Source: Escherichia phage KKP 3715
Sequence record: OR067834.1
DNA: 64,000 bases
Direction: 5' to 3' (one strand)
Below the pieces are notes generated by a model. That model searched no databases, was not told where the DNA came from, and worked only from the letters and a program-made list of their open reading frames with translations. The translations under genes and the position numbers were made by a program. Shown piece after piece: positions 50,292-59,221 of this stretch; positions within the stretch are counted from its first letter, which is position 1; every line of letters starts with the position of its first letter.

Positions 50292-50534
50292 TTACTCTGC
50301 TTTACTGCCACCATTGGTTTGAACAACAGTTACATTTGTAACTTGGTTCTGACCTTTGTTGGACAGTGACCAAATCAGTGCTACTACCCAGAAGACTAAA
50401 GACCAGCCTAATACGATATTGAGTACACCAATGCCCCACTTAGAGGCATGGCCTCGTGCAAAAGCAATAATGGTAGGGATAAGGTATACAGCTAGTGCAA
50501 ATAACAGAACAAGGATTGCTGCTAAAGATTCCAT
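50292..50534 (-). CDS. superinfection-immunity-like small membrane protein
   Basis: Start moved to the ATG at 50534 (AGGAAC RBS). YLIPTIIAFARGH...NIVLGWSLVFWVVALIWSL matches the pattern of the Imm-type superinfection immunity family as recalled (two TMDs with a conserved GW). Confidence 0.45.
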   Translation of the reverse strand: MESLAAILVLLFALAVYLIPTIIAFARGHASKWGIGVLNIVLGWSLVFWVVALIWSLSNKGQNQVTNVTVVQTNGGSKAE

Positions 50535-50607
50535 GATGGTTCCTATGTGGGGTTGAGTTAGTTTCTTCACAAATAGCCCAACTATGCTGGGCTATTTAGG
50601 CAGCTAC

Positions 50608-50817
50608 TTACTCAGCATCTTTGCTTGCAGGAGCAAGAGCTTTCTTCAGGTAATTACGTACCGAACGATAGGTTTCTTTGGTGTCCATAGCGCTATCATT
50701 TACAAATACGATACGTGCACAGTCAGACAGCGGAATCTGTTCTACTGCAATTACATTTGCAGCATTAATGGTTAAGCGTACATCTGAGGTTGCATGAGTT
50801 ACTTGAAATACTGACAT
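50608..50817 (-). CDS. hypothetical protein
   Basis: 69 aa ORF. Confidence 0.3.
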   Translation of the reverse strand: MSVFQVTHATSDVRLTINAANVIAVEQIPLSDCARIVFVNDSAMDTKETYRSVRNYLKKALAPASKDAE

Positions 50818-50847
50818 ACTGTTTCCTTGATTAATCTGGATAGCCTT

Positions 50848-51300
50848 TTATTTTGAAGGTCTAGCAGATACTGGTTTGTTTGGTTGACACTGGTACTTAC
50901 CTTCATAACGACAATGCTCTGCTATCTCTTCGAAGATAACCTGAGCTATGCCAGTACCAGCTTTTATTGTAACAGGCAAAACACCCGAATAACGAAGCTC
51001 AAGAGTAAGGAAACCTTTCCACCCTGGTTCGATATTGGTTGTCATGCTTGCATCAATCCCCTTTCTGGCCCATGTACTCTTATTAAGTACACGGCCCATA
51101 AGGTTTGGTGGTACGTCAAACTCTTCTATGGCTGACGCTAGTACGAATCGACGCCCCAAGAACATAGTCACATCCTGCTTAATACGAATATCGTATCCGC
51201 ATTCTGTAAGACCCCAAGAGAAACCATTACTGGTTTGCTTAGAGTCCACCATGTTCTTTATAGGAGCCAGTTCTAATAAACGACTGCGGTTAATAATCAT
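50848..51300 (-). CDS. dCTP deaminase / dUTPase-superfamily protein
   Basis: 150 aa; NIEPGWKGFLTLELRYSG resembles the dCTP deaminase active-site region (G..G.LTLE). Confidence 0.45.
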   Translation of the reverse strand: MIINRSRLLELAPIKNMVDSKQTSNGFSWGLTECGYDIRIKQDVTMFLGRRFVLASAIEEFDVPPNLMGRVLNKSTWARKGIDASMTTNIEPGWKGFLTLELRYSGVLPVTIKAGTGIAQVIFEEIAEHCRYEGKYQCQPNKPVSARPSK

Positions 51301-52472
51301 TTCATTCCTTTAGGGATATGAACTACCTCCCCAAAAGGTACGGTAGCATTGGGATTATTCAGAACACACCATATGATAGGAATATCAAATGGTAATTCTT
51401 CCATAGGGCGAACATACATATCAGAGAATATGATTGCAGCGGTTGGCTTATTCTTAATAATCCAATCACGTACCGGTACAAGGTTTGTACCACCACGACC
51501 GGTAATCTTAATCTCTTCAAAAGTATCTTCTTCAGTGATGTCTATTTCTTCTTGGATAATATCGTCGAAGGTAATAAGAGTCATCTTCTTAGGATTGAAC
51601 TGGCTCTTGACGTAGGCAACCTCTGAGTTAAAACGCAGAGAGTCAGCACTACTAATAGAACCGGATACATCTTCAAAGTAGGCTAAGTGCCGTAAACGTC
51701 CTTCATCATCTTCCAGTGATGGTAGATAGATGTCAGTGAATCGACGATTAGGTCTGGCCCACGTATAGTGTGTATCATCAATGTCGGTAAAGAAATTCAG
51801 CAGGACTTCCTGCCATGGAACCACTGGTTTTAGGAATTGGGTAATAACCTCTTCCATACGACCAGCACCTTTACCGGGCATCATTCCACCAGCCATCTTC
51901 TGGCTTTGCATTGCACGTACTACGTTGTTGACAACAGCACCCTGGGACTGCCCCGAAGAGGGAGCTTTCATGTCGCCAGCAAGACCTGCTCCAGCACCCC
52001 CTGACGGCTTCTGCCTTTTCTGAGGGTTCTTCATCAGGTCATCGTAGATGTCTTCTTCGACCCATCCTTTATATTGAGGGTCTTTGCAAATGCCTTCGTC
52101 GATACCAGTGAACTTGTAACCATCTTCCTCTAACTGAAGGTTGATGAAGTGGTCACATGCTTGGTTCCATACTTCCGGGTCACGGCTTCCACAACGGATG
52201 CCATGCAGATATGCTACATGCCAGAGTTCGTGCATTAGCACTGTTTCTCTTGCATCAGGGCACATCCAAATAAAGAAGTCTGGGTTGAAATGGAGTTCTA
52301 TCCCATCGGTACATGCAGTGGGACAGTCTTCACGTTTCCATGAGAACTTAAGGCTACACAGCAATGAACCAAAAAACGCAGCAGACTTGCCTAGAAAGGC
52401 TTGGGCCTGAATACGGTCATACTCACGCATGAGTTGTTCATCACTGAGTGTGTGCTGAGGTATCTGGTTCAT
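51297..52472 (-). CDS. vWA-domain protein with N-terminal HExxH metallopeptidase-like domain (MoxR partner)
   Basis: Start moved to the ATG at 52472, just past the upstream stop; zincin-like MHELWHVAYLHG, Gly-rich linker, then a vWA-like C-terminal region; directly downstream of the AAA+ ATPase. Confidence 0.45.
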   Translation of the reverse strand: MNQIPQHTLSDEQLMREYDRIQAQAFLGKSAAFFGSLLCSLKFSWKREDCPTACTDGIELHFNPDFFIWMCPDARETVLMHELWHVAYLHGIRCGSRDPEVWNQACDHFINLQLEEDGYKFTGIDEGICKDPQYKGWVEEDIYDDLMKNPQKRQKPSGGAGAGLAGDMKAPSSGQSQGAVVNNVVRAMQSQKMAGGMMPGKGAGRMEEVITQFLKPVVPWQEVLLNFFTDIDDTHYTWARPNRRFTDIYLPSLEDDEGRLRHLAYFEDVSGSISSADSLRFNSEVAYVKSQFNPKKMTLITFDDIIQEEIDITEEDTFEEIKITGRGGTNLVPVRDWIIKNKPTAAIIFSDMYVRPMEELPFDIPIIWCVLNNPNATVPFGEVVHIPKGMK

Positions 52473-52479
52473 GTTGTGA

Positions 52480-53532
52480 TTATCCGTGAATGTAACGAGA
52501 GATGTTGGCAGCAGCCTTACGCCATTCAGGGGTAGCCTGAATTTCTGGTAATGCTTTGCCCACTGTACGGAAGTACAGAATCTTATGAGTGAACGTTTTA
52601 AAGCGTTCAATGTACTGAAGTACATCAACGAAATTATCTTCAGTGGTCTTGTTAGCCAGATGGTTAACGGTAGCCCAGCACAGGTTATTATCTTCCGGCA
52701 GTGCACAGCCCAAAGGGTCTTTGACTACCTTCTCAATCGTAATCATACGATTATATACCTGGGTGAACTGAACAAACTCTACAGCCTTACCTGGTGTAAC
52801 GAAACCACTGTAGTACAGGGAATCCTCGTCAGGCAAAGCACCTTCTGGTTGGTTCTTGAGGTCTTTATTAATGAAGTCCCAAGTACGAGGGCAACAGAAT
52901 GTTTTGTTCTTATGAGCAGGATCGAAGTCGTGCAAATAACCCGGGTTAGCATGTAAGAATGCAACCAGACGCTCATCCCATTCTTGTGGAATCATTACGT
53001 CTTCAACAAAGATGTCGAAGTTAAGTTCCATTTCGAAGTGGACGACACGGGACTGCATTGCAGTACCCAGTGGGTTAACGATAGCACGGTCAGTAGCTTT
53101 GTTACCGGCACAGATAATCATCACATTAGGGTGAAGTTTCTTCTGACCAGTCATACGGTCGAGAATCAGTTTGTATGCAGCAGCTACTACTTCTTTCTTA
53201 GCTGAGTTGAACTCATCAAGGAACAGGAGCCAGCCATTATAACCTTCTGGTACTTCATCTCCCTCAATAGGGAATAAGTCAGCGAAAGGGATAAACTCTG
53301 CTCGGTCACCATTACGGAATGGTAGACCAGACAAGTCTTCCGGGGCAGAAGTAGACAGACGATGGTCAATCAGCTTCATACCAAATTCTTCTGCAACAGA
53401 ACGAATAATTGCAGACTTACCCATGCCAGGTGATGAAGTCAGGAACGGTACGTTACCTGCTTGCAAGGCACGGATAATAAAGTTACGGGCTTGGCGTGTA
53501 TTACATACAGTCAAGGAGTCAATGCTCGCCAT
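52480..53532 (-). CDS. MoxR-like AAA+ ATPase
   Basis: 350 aa; Walker A SSPGMGKSAI, Walker B LLFLDEFNSAK; paired with a vWA gene as in MoxR-vWA chaperone systems. Confidence 0.6.
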   Translation of the reverse strand: MASIDSLTVCNTRQARNFIIRALQAGNVPFLTSSPGMGKSAIIRSVAEEFGMKLIDHRLSTSAPEDLSGLPFRNGDRAEFIPFADLFPIEGDEVPEGYNGWLLFLDEFNSAKKEVVAAAYKLILDRMTGQKKLHPNVMIICAGNKATDRAIVNPLGTAMQSRVVHFEMELNFDIFVEDVMIPQEWDERLVAFLHANPGYLHDFDPAHKNKTFCCPRTWDFINKDLKNQPEGALPDEDSLYYSGFVTPGKAVEFVQFTQVYNRMITIEKVVKDPLGCALPEDNNLCWATVNHLANKTTEDNFVDVLQYIERFKTFTHKILYFRTVGKALPEIQATPEWRKAAANISRYIHG

Positions 53533-53566
53533 TTACTTACTCTCCTAAAGTTAATGGAATTACTAA

Positions 53567-53893
53567 TTAAGATTTAACGCATGGATACGCTGTATCAATC
53601 GCTAACAGAACCATGTCTGATGGTATTTTTACTGCATTAACCTTTCGGTCATACAGAATAATAGAGGCCACTCTGTCAAAAATGTGCCCTAACTTCATAT
53701 CGTCAGGTACACAGTTCTTTCCTGCTTCCACCCCCATAGTAACCATGCCCATGAAGTAACCCTGATTCACAAAGTTTGCATTATTGGCTTTGTAGTCAGC
53801 AGCAGCTTCCAGCAAGGTTGCACGACTAGATGCTTGAGCACCGAATGACAGAACTGATAAAGCTACTACAGCAACAGTAATTAAAGTTTTCAT
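53567..53893 (-). CDS. secreted small protein with cleavable signal peptide (hypothetical)
   Basis: N-terminus MKTLITVAVVALSVLSFGAQA looks like a Sec signal peptide with an AxA site; two Cys. Confidence 0.4.
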   Translation of the reverse strand: MKTLITVAVVALSVLSFGAQASSRATLLEAAADYKANNANFVNQGYFMGMVTMGVEAGKNCVPDDMKLGHIFDRVASIILYDRKVNAVKIPSDMVLLAIDTAYPCVKS

Positions 53894-54079
53894 TTAGTTA
53901 CCTTTTAACTCATTGAGTTGAAGTACTCCGGTAGGGGTTAATGACCACCCAAGACCAGCATTGAACTGTACTAAGCCCAGCTTCTTAAGAGACTGTGCGG
54001 TTTTATTATTACGGTTGCTGGTGGCAGAACCACCTTGAACCATGCGAAGGAAAATTGCTTGGGACTGAGTAAGTTTCAT
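53894..54079 (-). CDS. hypothetical small protein
   Basis: 61 aa ORF coupled to neighbours. Confidence 0.3.
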   Translation of the reverse strand: MKLTQSQAIFLRMVQGGSATSNRNNKTAQSLKKLGLVQFNAGLGWSLTPTGVLQLNELKGN

Positions 54080-54297
54080 TTCTTCTCCGGTACGAACTGC
54101 ATTACACAGTTTTGATTACGAGGGATATTCAATTCACATTCATGCTTGAGGGTTTGGGTTACAGAGTTTGGAGTAGAACCAAAGTAGGTATTAGAAATAG
54201 CTACAATTCCTGCACCAAAGAACCCTCCTAACACGAACGAGAAGAATGCAATCTCTTTATACATTTCCTGGCTCCAGATGTGAAAAACCCCAGTCAA
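54076..54297 (-). CDS. small membrane protein (hypothetical)
   Basis: 73 aa, one strong hydrophobic helix (IAFFSFVLGGFFGAGIVAI). Confidence 0.35.
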   Translation of the reverse strand: MTGVFHIWSQEMYKEIAFFSFVLGGFFGAGIVAISNTYFGSTPNSVTQTLKHECELNIPRNQNCVMQFVPEKK

Positions 54298-54325
54298 TGC
54301 TGGGGTTTATCTATCAGTTTATACT

Positions 54326-54586
54326 TTACAGACCATGAGGTCGGCATAGACTACCTGAACCAAAGGAACGGTGTCCAAGTCGGCCCAGGATTAGATTGCT
54401 TACTTCAGCAGCAGCACGGCTGAATGCTTTAAAGTCAAAGACTACGACACCAAATAGCGGGGCTGCGATAGCAGCTACCATGACCGGTGTCAGGTCATTT
54501 AGTGACATACCCAAGATTACGTGGGCAGCATAAGCAATAAGGCCCATAACAGCACTACAACCGAATCCAATAGCAATTTTACGCAT
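54326..54586 (-). CDS. small membrane protein (hypothetical)
   Basis: 86 aa, two hydrophobic helices. Confidence 0.35.
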   Translation of the reverse strand: MRKIAIGFGCSAVMGLIAYAAHVILGMSLNDLTPVMVAAIAAPLFGVVVFDFKAFSRAAAEVSNLILGRLGHRSFGSGSLCRPHGL

Positions 54587-54643
54587 AGTTACCTTCTTAG
54601 TTAGTAGATTGATACATATTCATATAACAGACAAACAATAGTC

Positions 54644-54672
54644 AAAAAAAGACCCCCCTTCAATAGGGAGGT
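54644..54672 (-). terminator. Rho-independent terminator after the decoration-protein gene
   Basis: On the - strand: GACCTCCC-TATTGAA-GGGGGGTC followed by TTTTTTT. Confidence 0.6.
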
Positions 54673-54723
54673 CAATCTTGAGGGTTTCCTTTCGGGGTTT
54701 ATAACCCCAAATAAGGGATACCC

Positions 54724-55557
54724 TTACTCTGCAACAGTAACAGCGATGGTTACGTCTACAGTACCATTGGTAACTACTACAGAAGTAGCATCACCAGCAG
54801 CCACTGGTTTAACTGTCAGTACGTTACCAGCAATGGTAGCTGTAGCACGGGCGGAATCCGGAGCAGTCTTGATAGATAAAGTACCAACAGACGCTCCAAC
54901 AGGCATAGCAGTAATGGTTACAGTCTTACCATCTGTGGTATCGTCAGCAACGGACAGAGCCAGTGAAGCAGGAGTAGCTACCAGTGAGCTTGCTTCGTAG
55001 TAGCCTACAGCCAGCAGTGAGGTATCTTCTACCGTGGTTCCATTAGCATCAGTAACAATCACTTTATAAGTACCAGCAGAAGCAGCTGTTACGTTACTAA
55101 GGGTCAGTGTTGCAGTAGCAGCAGATGCGTTATCACCAGAATCAATATCAGCGAATACTGCACCAGCAGTGTTAGCTTTGTATTGCCACTTATAAGTAAA
55201 TGGTGCTTTACCGCCTGCTACATCAATGTGCCAGTTAATATCTTCACCTTCGATAGTGGAGATTACACGAGGCAGTTTGGTAGCAATAGTTAGTCGTGGA
55301 GTAGCTTGCATGTCGATAGTGACCGACTGCATATCCACGATGTTGTCAGGCCAGAAGCCTTCTTCAGCAGGGTTTTTAGCAGAGCGTTTATACAACAGGT
55401 CACGAACACCGTGAAAGATAACTAAGCTATCGGGGTAAGTGGCATCTGGATGTACAAAAGTACCTACTTCCACAGAACCACCTGGAACACTACCACCTGA
55501 ATCAAGCACGGTAGCAACGTTGGTAGTTTTATTAAACGCAATCTTTAAGGTTGGCAT
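54724..55557 (-). CDS. Ig-like capsid decoration protein (N4 gp17-like, tentative)
   Basis: 277 aa, Thr/Ala/Val/Ser-rich beta-type composition with repeated xTVxV patterns; followed by a strong terminator; position just downstream of the split RNAP genes matches N4 gene order as recalled. Confidence 0.4.
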   Translation of the reverse strand: MPTLKIAFNKTTNVATVLDSGGSVPGGSVEVGTFVHPDATYPDSLVIFHGVRDLLYKRSAKNPAEEGFWPDNIVDMQSVTIDMQATPRLTIATKLPRVISTIEGEDINWHIDVAGGKAPFTYKWQYKANTAGAVFADIDSGDNASAATATLTLSNVTAASAGTYKVIVTDANGTTVEDTSLLAVGYYEASSLVATPASLALSVADDTTDGKTVTITAMPVGASVGTLSIKTAPDSARATATIAGNVLTVKPVAAGDATSVVVTNGTVDVTIAVTVAE

Positions 55558-55603
55558 GCATGTATCCTCTTGAGTAAATATGCCTAATCATTATGAAGGC
55601 TGA

Positions 55604-55633
55604 TAAAAAAGAAAGCCACCCTCAAGGGTGGCT
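55604..55633 (-). terminator. Rho-independent terminator
   Basis: On the - strand: AGCCACCC-TTGA-GGGTGGCT followed by TTCTTTTTTATC. Confidence 0.55.
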
Positions 55634-55814
55634 AGTTGTTGATGTGGTAAATCCAGTAAGCTATCCAACCGGCTAATACAAAACATCCGGCAGAGTACGC
55701 TCCATAGTAGCAATAAGCAAACTTGGATTTGTGGGCGTTAACTATAGTGAGTATCACAATAGCAGATAAAACTATCAGTACGGTTTTAGTAATAACATCA
55801 TAGATGTCTGGCAT
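55632..55814 (-). CDS. small membrane protein (hypothetical)
   Basis: Start moved to the ATG at 55814 with GGAGGT RBS (track start lies inside the upstream terminator); two hydrophobic helices. Confidence 0.4.
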   Translation of the reverse strand: MPDIYDVITKTVLIVLSAIVILTIVNAHKSKFAYCYYGAYSAGCFVLAGWIAYWIYHINN

Positions 55815-55831
55815 GTTGACTACCTCCAAGC

Positions 55832-55868
55832 AAAAAATAAAAAGCCCCATACCCGAAGGTATGAGGCC
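55832..55868 (-). terminator. Rho-independent terminator after RNAP subunit gene
   Basis: On the - strand: GCCTCATACC-TTCG-GGTATGGGGC followed by TTTTTATTTTTTG. Confidence 0.55.
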
Positions 55869-55874
55869 AGTTTA

Positions 55875-57092
55875 TTAACTTAATGCATAATCCGTTTCAA
55901 GAATGTCCTGCCAGAGGCTGTCATCCAGCTTACCAGCAGAAAACTCTTGTCCCAGTACCTGAGACAGAATGAAGCCCAGCAAATCACTCTTAGCAATGTC
56001 AGACAGAATCTGATTGTACTGACGACGCAGGTCATTGCCATAGTTAGGGTGACAACGGAAGCAGTCATGTACGGTCATTACAGGGAATGGTTTCTTAGGC
56101 ATGGTATTGATCATAGCCATGATTACATCTGTATCAACCAATGCAATCGTTTCTGAGTCCAGATAGTCAAAGATACGGGTAGACAGGAATCCCGACTTCT
56201 CATAGCTAGCCCATAGTGTGTTAACCATTTCATGGTTAGCATCAGGAACAACTATGTATTCACTGGTTCCTTCACAGAGGGACTTAATATAGTTCACCTG
56301 GTTCATGTTGAAGTTACAACGACGCAGCATCTCACGTACCACCATCCCATCAATAGAGTGGGTGATGTTAGCAGAGAGCATACGAGTCTTCTCTTCAGTA
56401 CCCTGAACCATACGAGTGATGTCGAATGGTTTACCTAAGAAGTTAACGGTCTGTACTTCTGGAACCATGACCTTAATGACAGCATGGTAGTTGTCAGGCA
56501 ATACCCATACGTAACGGTTAGCATCCGGGTTACCACATTGCAGTAAGAACTTGTTCAGTGCCCAAGGTCCACTAGCAACAGTTTCCATTACATTCTCAAA
56601 AGTCTTGAGACGGATACCTTCACCGAATACTTCTTTAGGCTTAGCTTCTGAACCGTAGAACGCAGTCATAACTGCCTGCTTGGTGTCACTACGTTTAATA
56701 CGAGATGCTTCACCAAGGATGTCCAGCATCTTGTGATAGATAACTGTATAAGCATCACGACGTAATGGCTTACCATTCTCTCCCATGTAGTTAACTACGT
56801 TACACAGTTCAGCAGCAGAACGGTCACCAGTCAGGCAAGCCAGTAACTGTAAGCCAGATGATGTAGCATCCAGAGCTACGGCATAGCCAATAGGCTTACC
56901 AGCTTTCATGTCTTTCCATGCGTTTATACCTGCATAGAACAGTGCAGATTCTTCAGCTTCATCTACCAGATTGAGCAGGTTAGCTTCGTTCTCATCGAAC
57001 CAGCTAATACGTTCATCCCATGTCTTCTTGTCTAAGCCATAGTTGTTAGCGATATCTACTTTCAGGTATTCACGGGCAGTTAACAGTTGCAT
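55875..57092 (-). CDS. T7-like single-subunit RNA polymerase, C-terminal catalytic part (N4 RNAP II large subunit-like)
   Basis: 405 aa; motif A-like DATSSGLQLLA (T7 DGSCSGIQH), motif B-like RSDTKQAVMTAFYGS (T7 RSVTKRSVMTLAYGS), motif C-like VHDCF (T7 HDSF). Confidence 0.65.
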   Translation of the reverse strand: MQLLTAREYLKVDIANNYGLDKKTWDERISWFDENEANLLNLVDEAEESALFYAGINAWKDMKAGKPIGYAVALDATSSGLQLLACLTGDRSAAELCNVVNYMGENGKPLRRDAYTVIYHKMLDILGEASRIKRSDTKQAVMTAFYGSEAKPKEVFGEGIRLKTFENVMETVASGPWALNKFLLQCGNPDANRYVWVLPDNYHAVIKVMVPEVQTVNFLGKPFDITRMVQGTEEKTRMLSANITHSIDGMVVREMLRRCNFNMNQVNYIKSLCEGTSEYIVVPDANHEMVNTLWASYEKSGFLSTRIFDYLDSETIALVDTDVIMAMINTMPKKPFPVMTVHDCFRCHPNYGNDLRRQYNQILSDIAKSDLLGFILSQVLGQEFSAGKLDDSLWQDILETDYALS

Positions 57093-57148
57093 TTTATATT
57101 CCTTTTGCTTCTTGGCTCCCCACTATGGAGAGCCTGCTTATTGGATGA

Positions 57149-57391
57149 TTAACCAGCATTAAAAGATGACAATACTATTCCTGGCTCTACGCCTTCGGTG
57201 GCAATACCAAGGTACTCAACATGTACTTTATCTGGGGAAGAACACCAAGCTGAGTATGTACTCCATTCCCCATCTGGGCTAATAAGACGAGCCTCTTCAG
57301 CAGTTTTAGCTGCTACCACAACAGAATCGAATGTATCCCACCCCTTACGCTCATTCTGGCTAATAAGCCATAGCTTTAATATCTCACTCAT
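57149..57391 (-). CDS. hypothetical protein between the two RNAP genes
   Basis: 80 aa ORF overlapping the upstream gene by 8 nt. Confidence 0.35.
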   Translation of the reverse strand: MSEILKLWLISQNERKGWDTFDSVVVAAKTAEEARLISPDGEWSTYSAWCSSPDKVHVEYLGIATEGVEPGIVLSSFNAG

Positions 57392-58202
57392 CGTTTACTA
57401 ACTCCTTATCAGCGAACTCCAGTACAGCTTTGTTGTAGCTGGTTCCCTGATAGTTGATGTGATAGCCCTGAGCGTAAGTACGCCCACGTTTGTCATATTT
57501 GTGACCCAGTGAGAAGTTATTACCTTCCTGAGTCACTAACTCCATTACTTCCTTAGCAGTACGGCTGTACTTCTCAAAGGCTTTAACACGTTTCTCATAT
57601 TCCTGACGGGTTTCACCCTCTTTGGGTTTATCCATGTTAGGACGAGAGTCTTTTACATAGTTAGCAACGTCCCAGTTAATACAGAGACGTTGGTTGTTCA
57701 TACGGTTGATGTGGTCAAGGCAGACATCCATCTCATGATGGTTCTTCTTGAGGATAATGCTTCCTTTGGTCTGGTAGTATCCAGTATCCCTGTTAGTTCT
57801 GACAGGATTAGGAGCACTTACGATAGGTAATGGATACTGGAATGCTTCCAGTTCCATCTGAACATCTTCACTAATCTCATAGATAACACCGAATTTGTCG
57901 ATGGTAGGGTCATAGTTGAAGCAGTCATTCTCTGCCATCTTATACAGACAGTCGGCGATGTACTGAGCATCATCTGAATGGCTCATGAGAGAGCCAATCA
58001 TAGTCTGGATGTCAGCACGTTTATGTAGGGCAATCTGCACCATTGCATCAATGAGCAGCTTATAATCAATTTCTAAATAGGCAGCGAATGCCTTAAAGTC
58101 AATTTCTTTGGAGTCCTCGAATTCCTTCCTCATGCGAGGCAGTAATTGATTTTTATTAAATAGGACTTCAAGCTGCTTCTGATGTTCAATAGATGAGTAC
58201 AT
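57384..58202 (-). CDS. T7-like RNA polymerase, N-terminal part (N4 RNAP II small subunit-like)
   Basis: 272 aa; HKYDKRGRTYAQGYHINYQGTSYNKA resembles the T7 RNAP segment around DWRGRVYA; separate ORF from the catalytic part. Confidence 0.5.
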   Translation of the reverse strand: MYSSIEHQKQLEVLFNKNQLLPRMRKEFEDSKEIDFKAFAAYLEIDYKLLIDAMVQIALHKRADIQTMIGSLMSHSDDAQYIADCLYKMAENDCFNYDPTIDKFGVIYEISEDVQMELEAFQYPLPIVSAPNPVRTNRDTGYYQTKGSIILKKNHHEMDVCLDHINRMNNQRLCINWDVANYVKDSRPNMDKPKEGETRQEYEKRVKAFEKYSRTAKEVMELVTQEGNNFSLGHKYDKRGRTYAQGYHINYQGTSYNKAVLEFADKELVNDE

Positions 58203-58250
58203 CGCATATTCTCCAATTAGTTAATTACCACAAGGTGCGGAGCACCCTTC

Positions 58251-58598
58251 TTATGACCAGTAGTTGTAAGCATCACCTAAGTGCTTTCTCCACTGTTCAG
58301 GGAGCAGTACATTACCGGTGACATTAACGAATTGATGTGGAAGTAGGTCTTCCGAGATTGCTACTTTGAAATCCCATTGTGGTTTCATAGAAGCATAGGC
58401 AATAAATCCATTAATAAACTTCTGTGTATATTCCTGGCTCAATAATCCATCTGGTCCTTTAGTAGGAATAGCAAAGCTATTGCCATATTGACCATAAGCC
58501 ATACCCCAGCGAGCACCGTGTTTCTTATAAGCTAACTTAGCAGCTCCCTTAGTGTGCTGACCTAAGGTGTTAGTAGTGAATATGAAGATTTCTTTCAT
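58251..58598 (-). CDS. hypothetical early protein
   Basis: 115 aa; Gly-rich motif TKGAAKLAYKKHGARWGMAYGQYGNSFAIPTKG; function not recognised. Confidence 0.4.
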   Translation of the reverse strand: MKEIFIFTTNTLGQHTKGAAKLAYKKHGARWGMAYGQYGNSFAIPTKGPDGLLSQEYTQKFINGFIAYASMKPQWDFKVAISEDLLPHQFVNVTGNVLLPEQWRKHLGDAYNYWS

Positions 58599-58601
58599 GG
58601 G

Positions 58602-58991
58602 CTATCCTTTTGGATTTTCTACAAAATATTTATACATAGCTTTTACTAGCTTCTCTTTAATAACCTCACCATGACATGGTTTCGGATAACAGAAGCACTG
58701 TAAGGCTAGTCCTTTCTCGTCAATGGCTTTATTACCCAGACGATTAAGTTCATCCAGTACAACTGGATTTCCTTTATCAATCTGTTCTTGCAGCCAGACC
58801 TTATACTTAGCAATTACTTGCTCTCTGGTTCCATGTTTACCAATGACGAATGGATTGCCTAATGGTGAGCCACGTCCAATATACTCACCGGATTTACCGT
58901 GATGTTTATTAACAATGATAATTGGACGTGCGGATACACCCAGCAAAGCATTGGTGTTATCACCTAATGCGTTAGTGATTATCTCTTTCAT
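58602..58991 (-). CDS. DUF4326-like protein (tentative)
   Basis: 129 aa; YIGRGSPLGNPF and CFCYPKPCHGEVI match the motif pattern recalled for the DUF4326 family. Confidence 0.35.
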   Translation of the reverse strand: MKEIITNALGDNTNALLGVSARPIIIVNKHHGKSGEYIGRGSPLGNPFVIGKHGTREQVIAKYKVWLQEQIDKGNPVVLDELNRLGNKAIDEKGLALQCFCYPKPCHGEVIKEKLVKAMYKYFVENPKG

Positions 58992-58992
58992 G

Positions 58993-59217
58993 TTATTTAC
59001 CTTGAATTACTAGGTGAGATTCAAATAATTCAACTTTTGCTGAACTTACTACAGGTATTATTTCATCCGTCTTACAAATACGCATAGCAGAGCATCCAAT
59101 TTTCATCCATAAGTATGTGTTAGAGTCCTCGTTCAGGAAACGGAATACATCACCGTTTGACAGGTCTTGAAATTGGAGCACAGGCAACGGTTTCTTATTA
59201 ATTACTTTAACTTTCAT
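58993..59217 (-). CDS. hypothetical early protein
   Basis: Start moved to the ATG at 59217 with AAGGA RBS. Confidence 0.3.
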   Translation of the reverse strand: MKVKVINKKPLPVLQFQDLSNGDVFRFLNEDSNTYLWMKIGCSAMRICKTDEIIPVVSSAKVELFESHLVIQGK

Positions 59218-59221
59218 TTGA

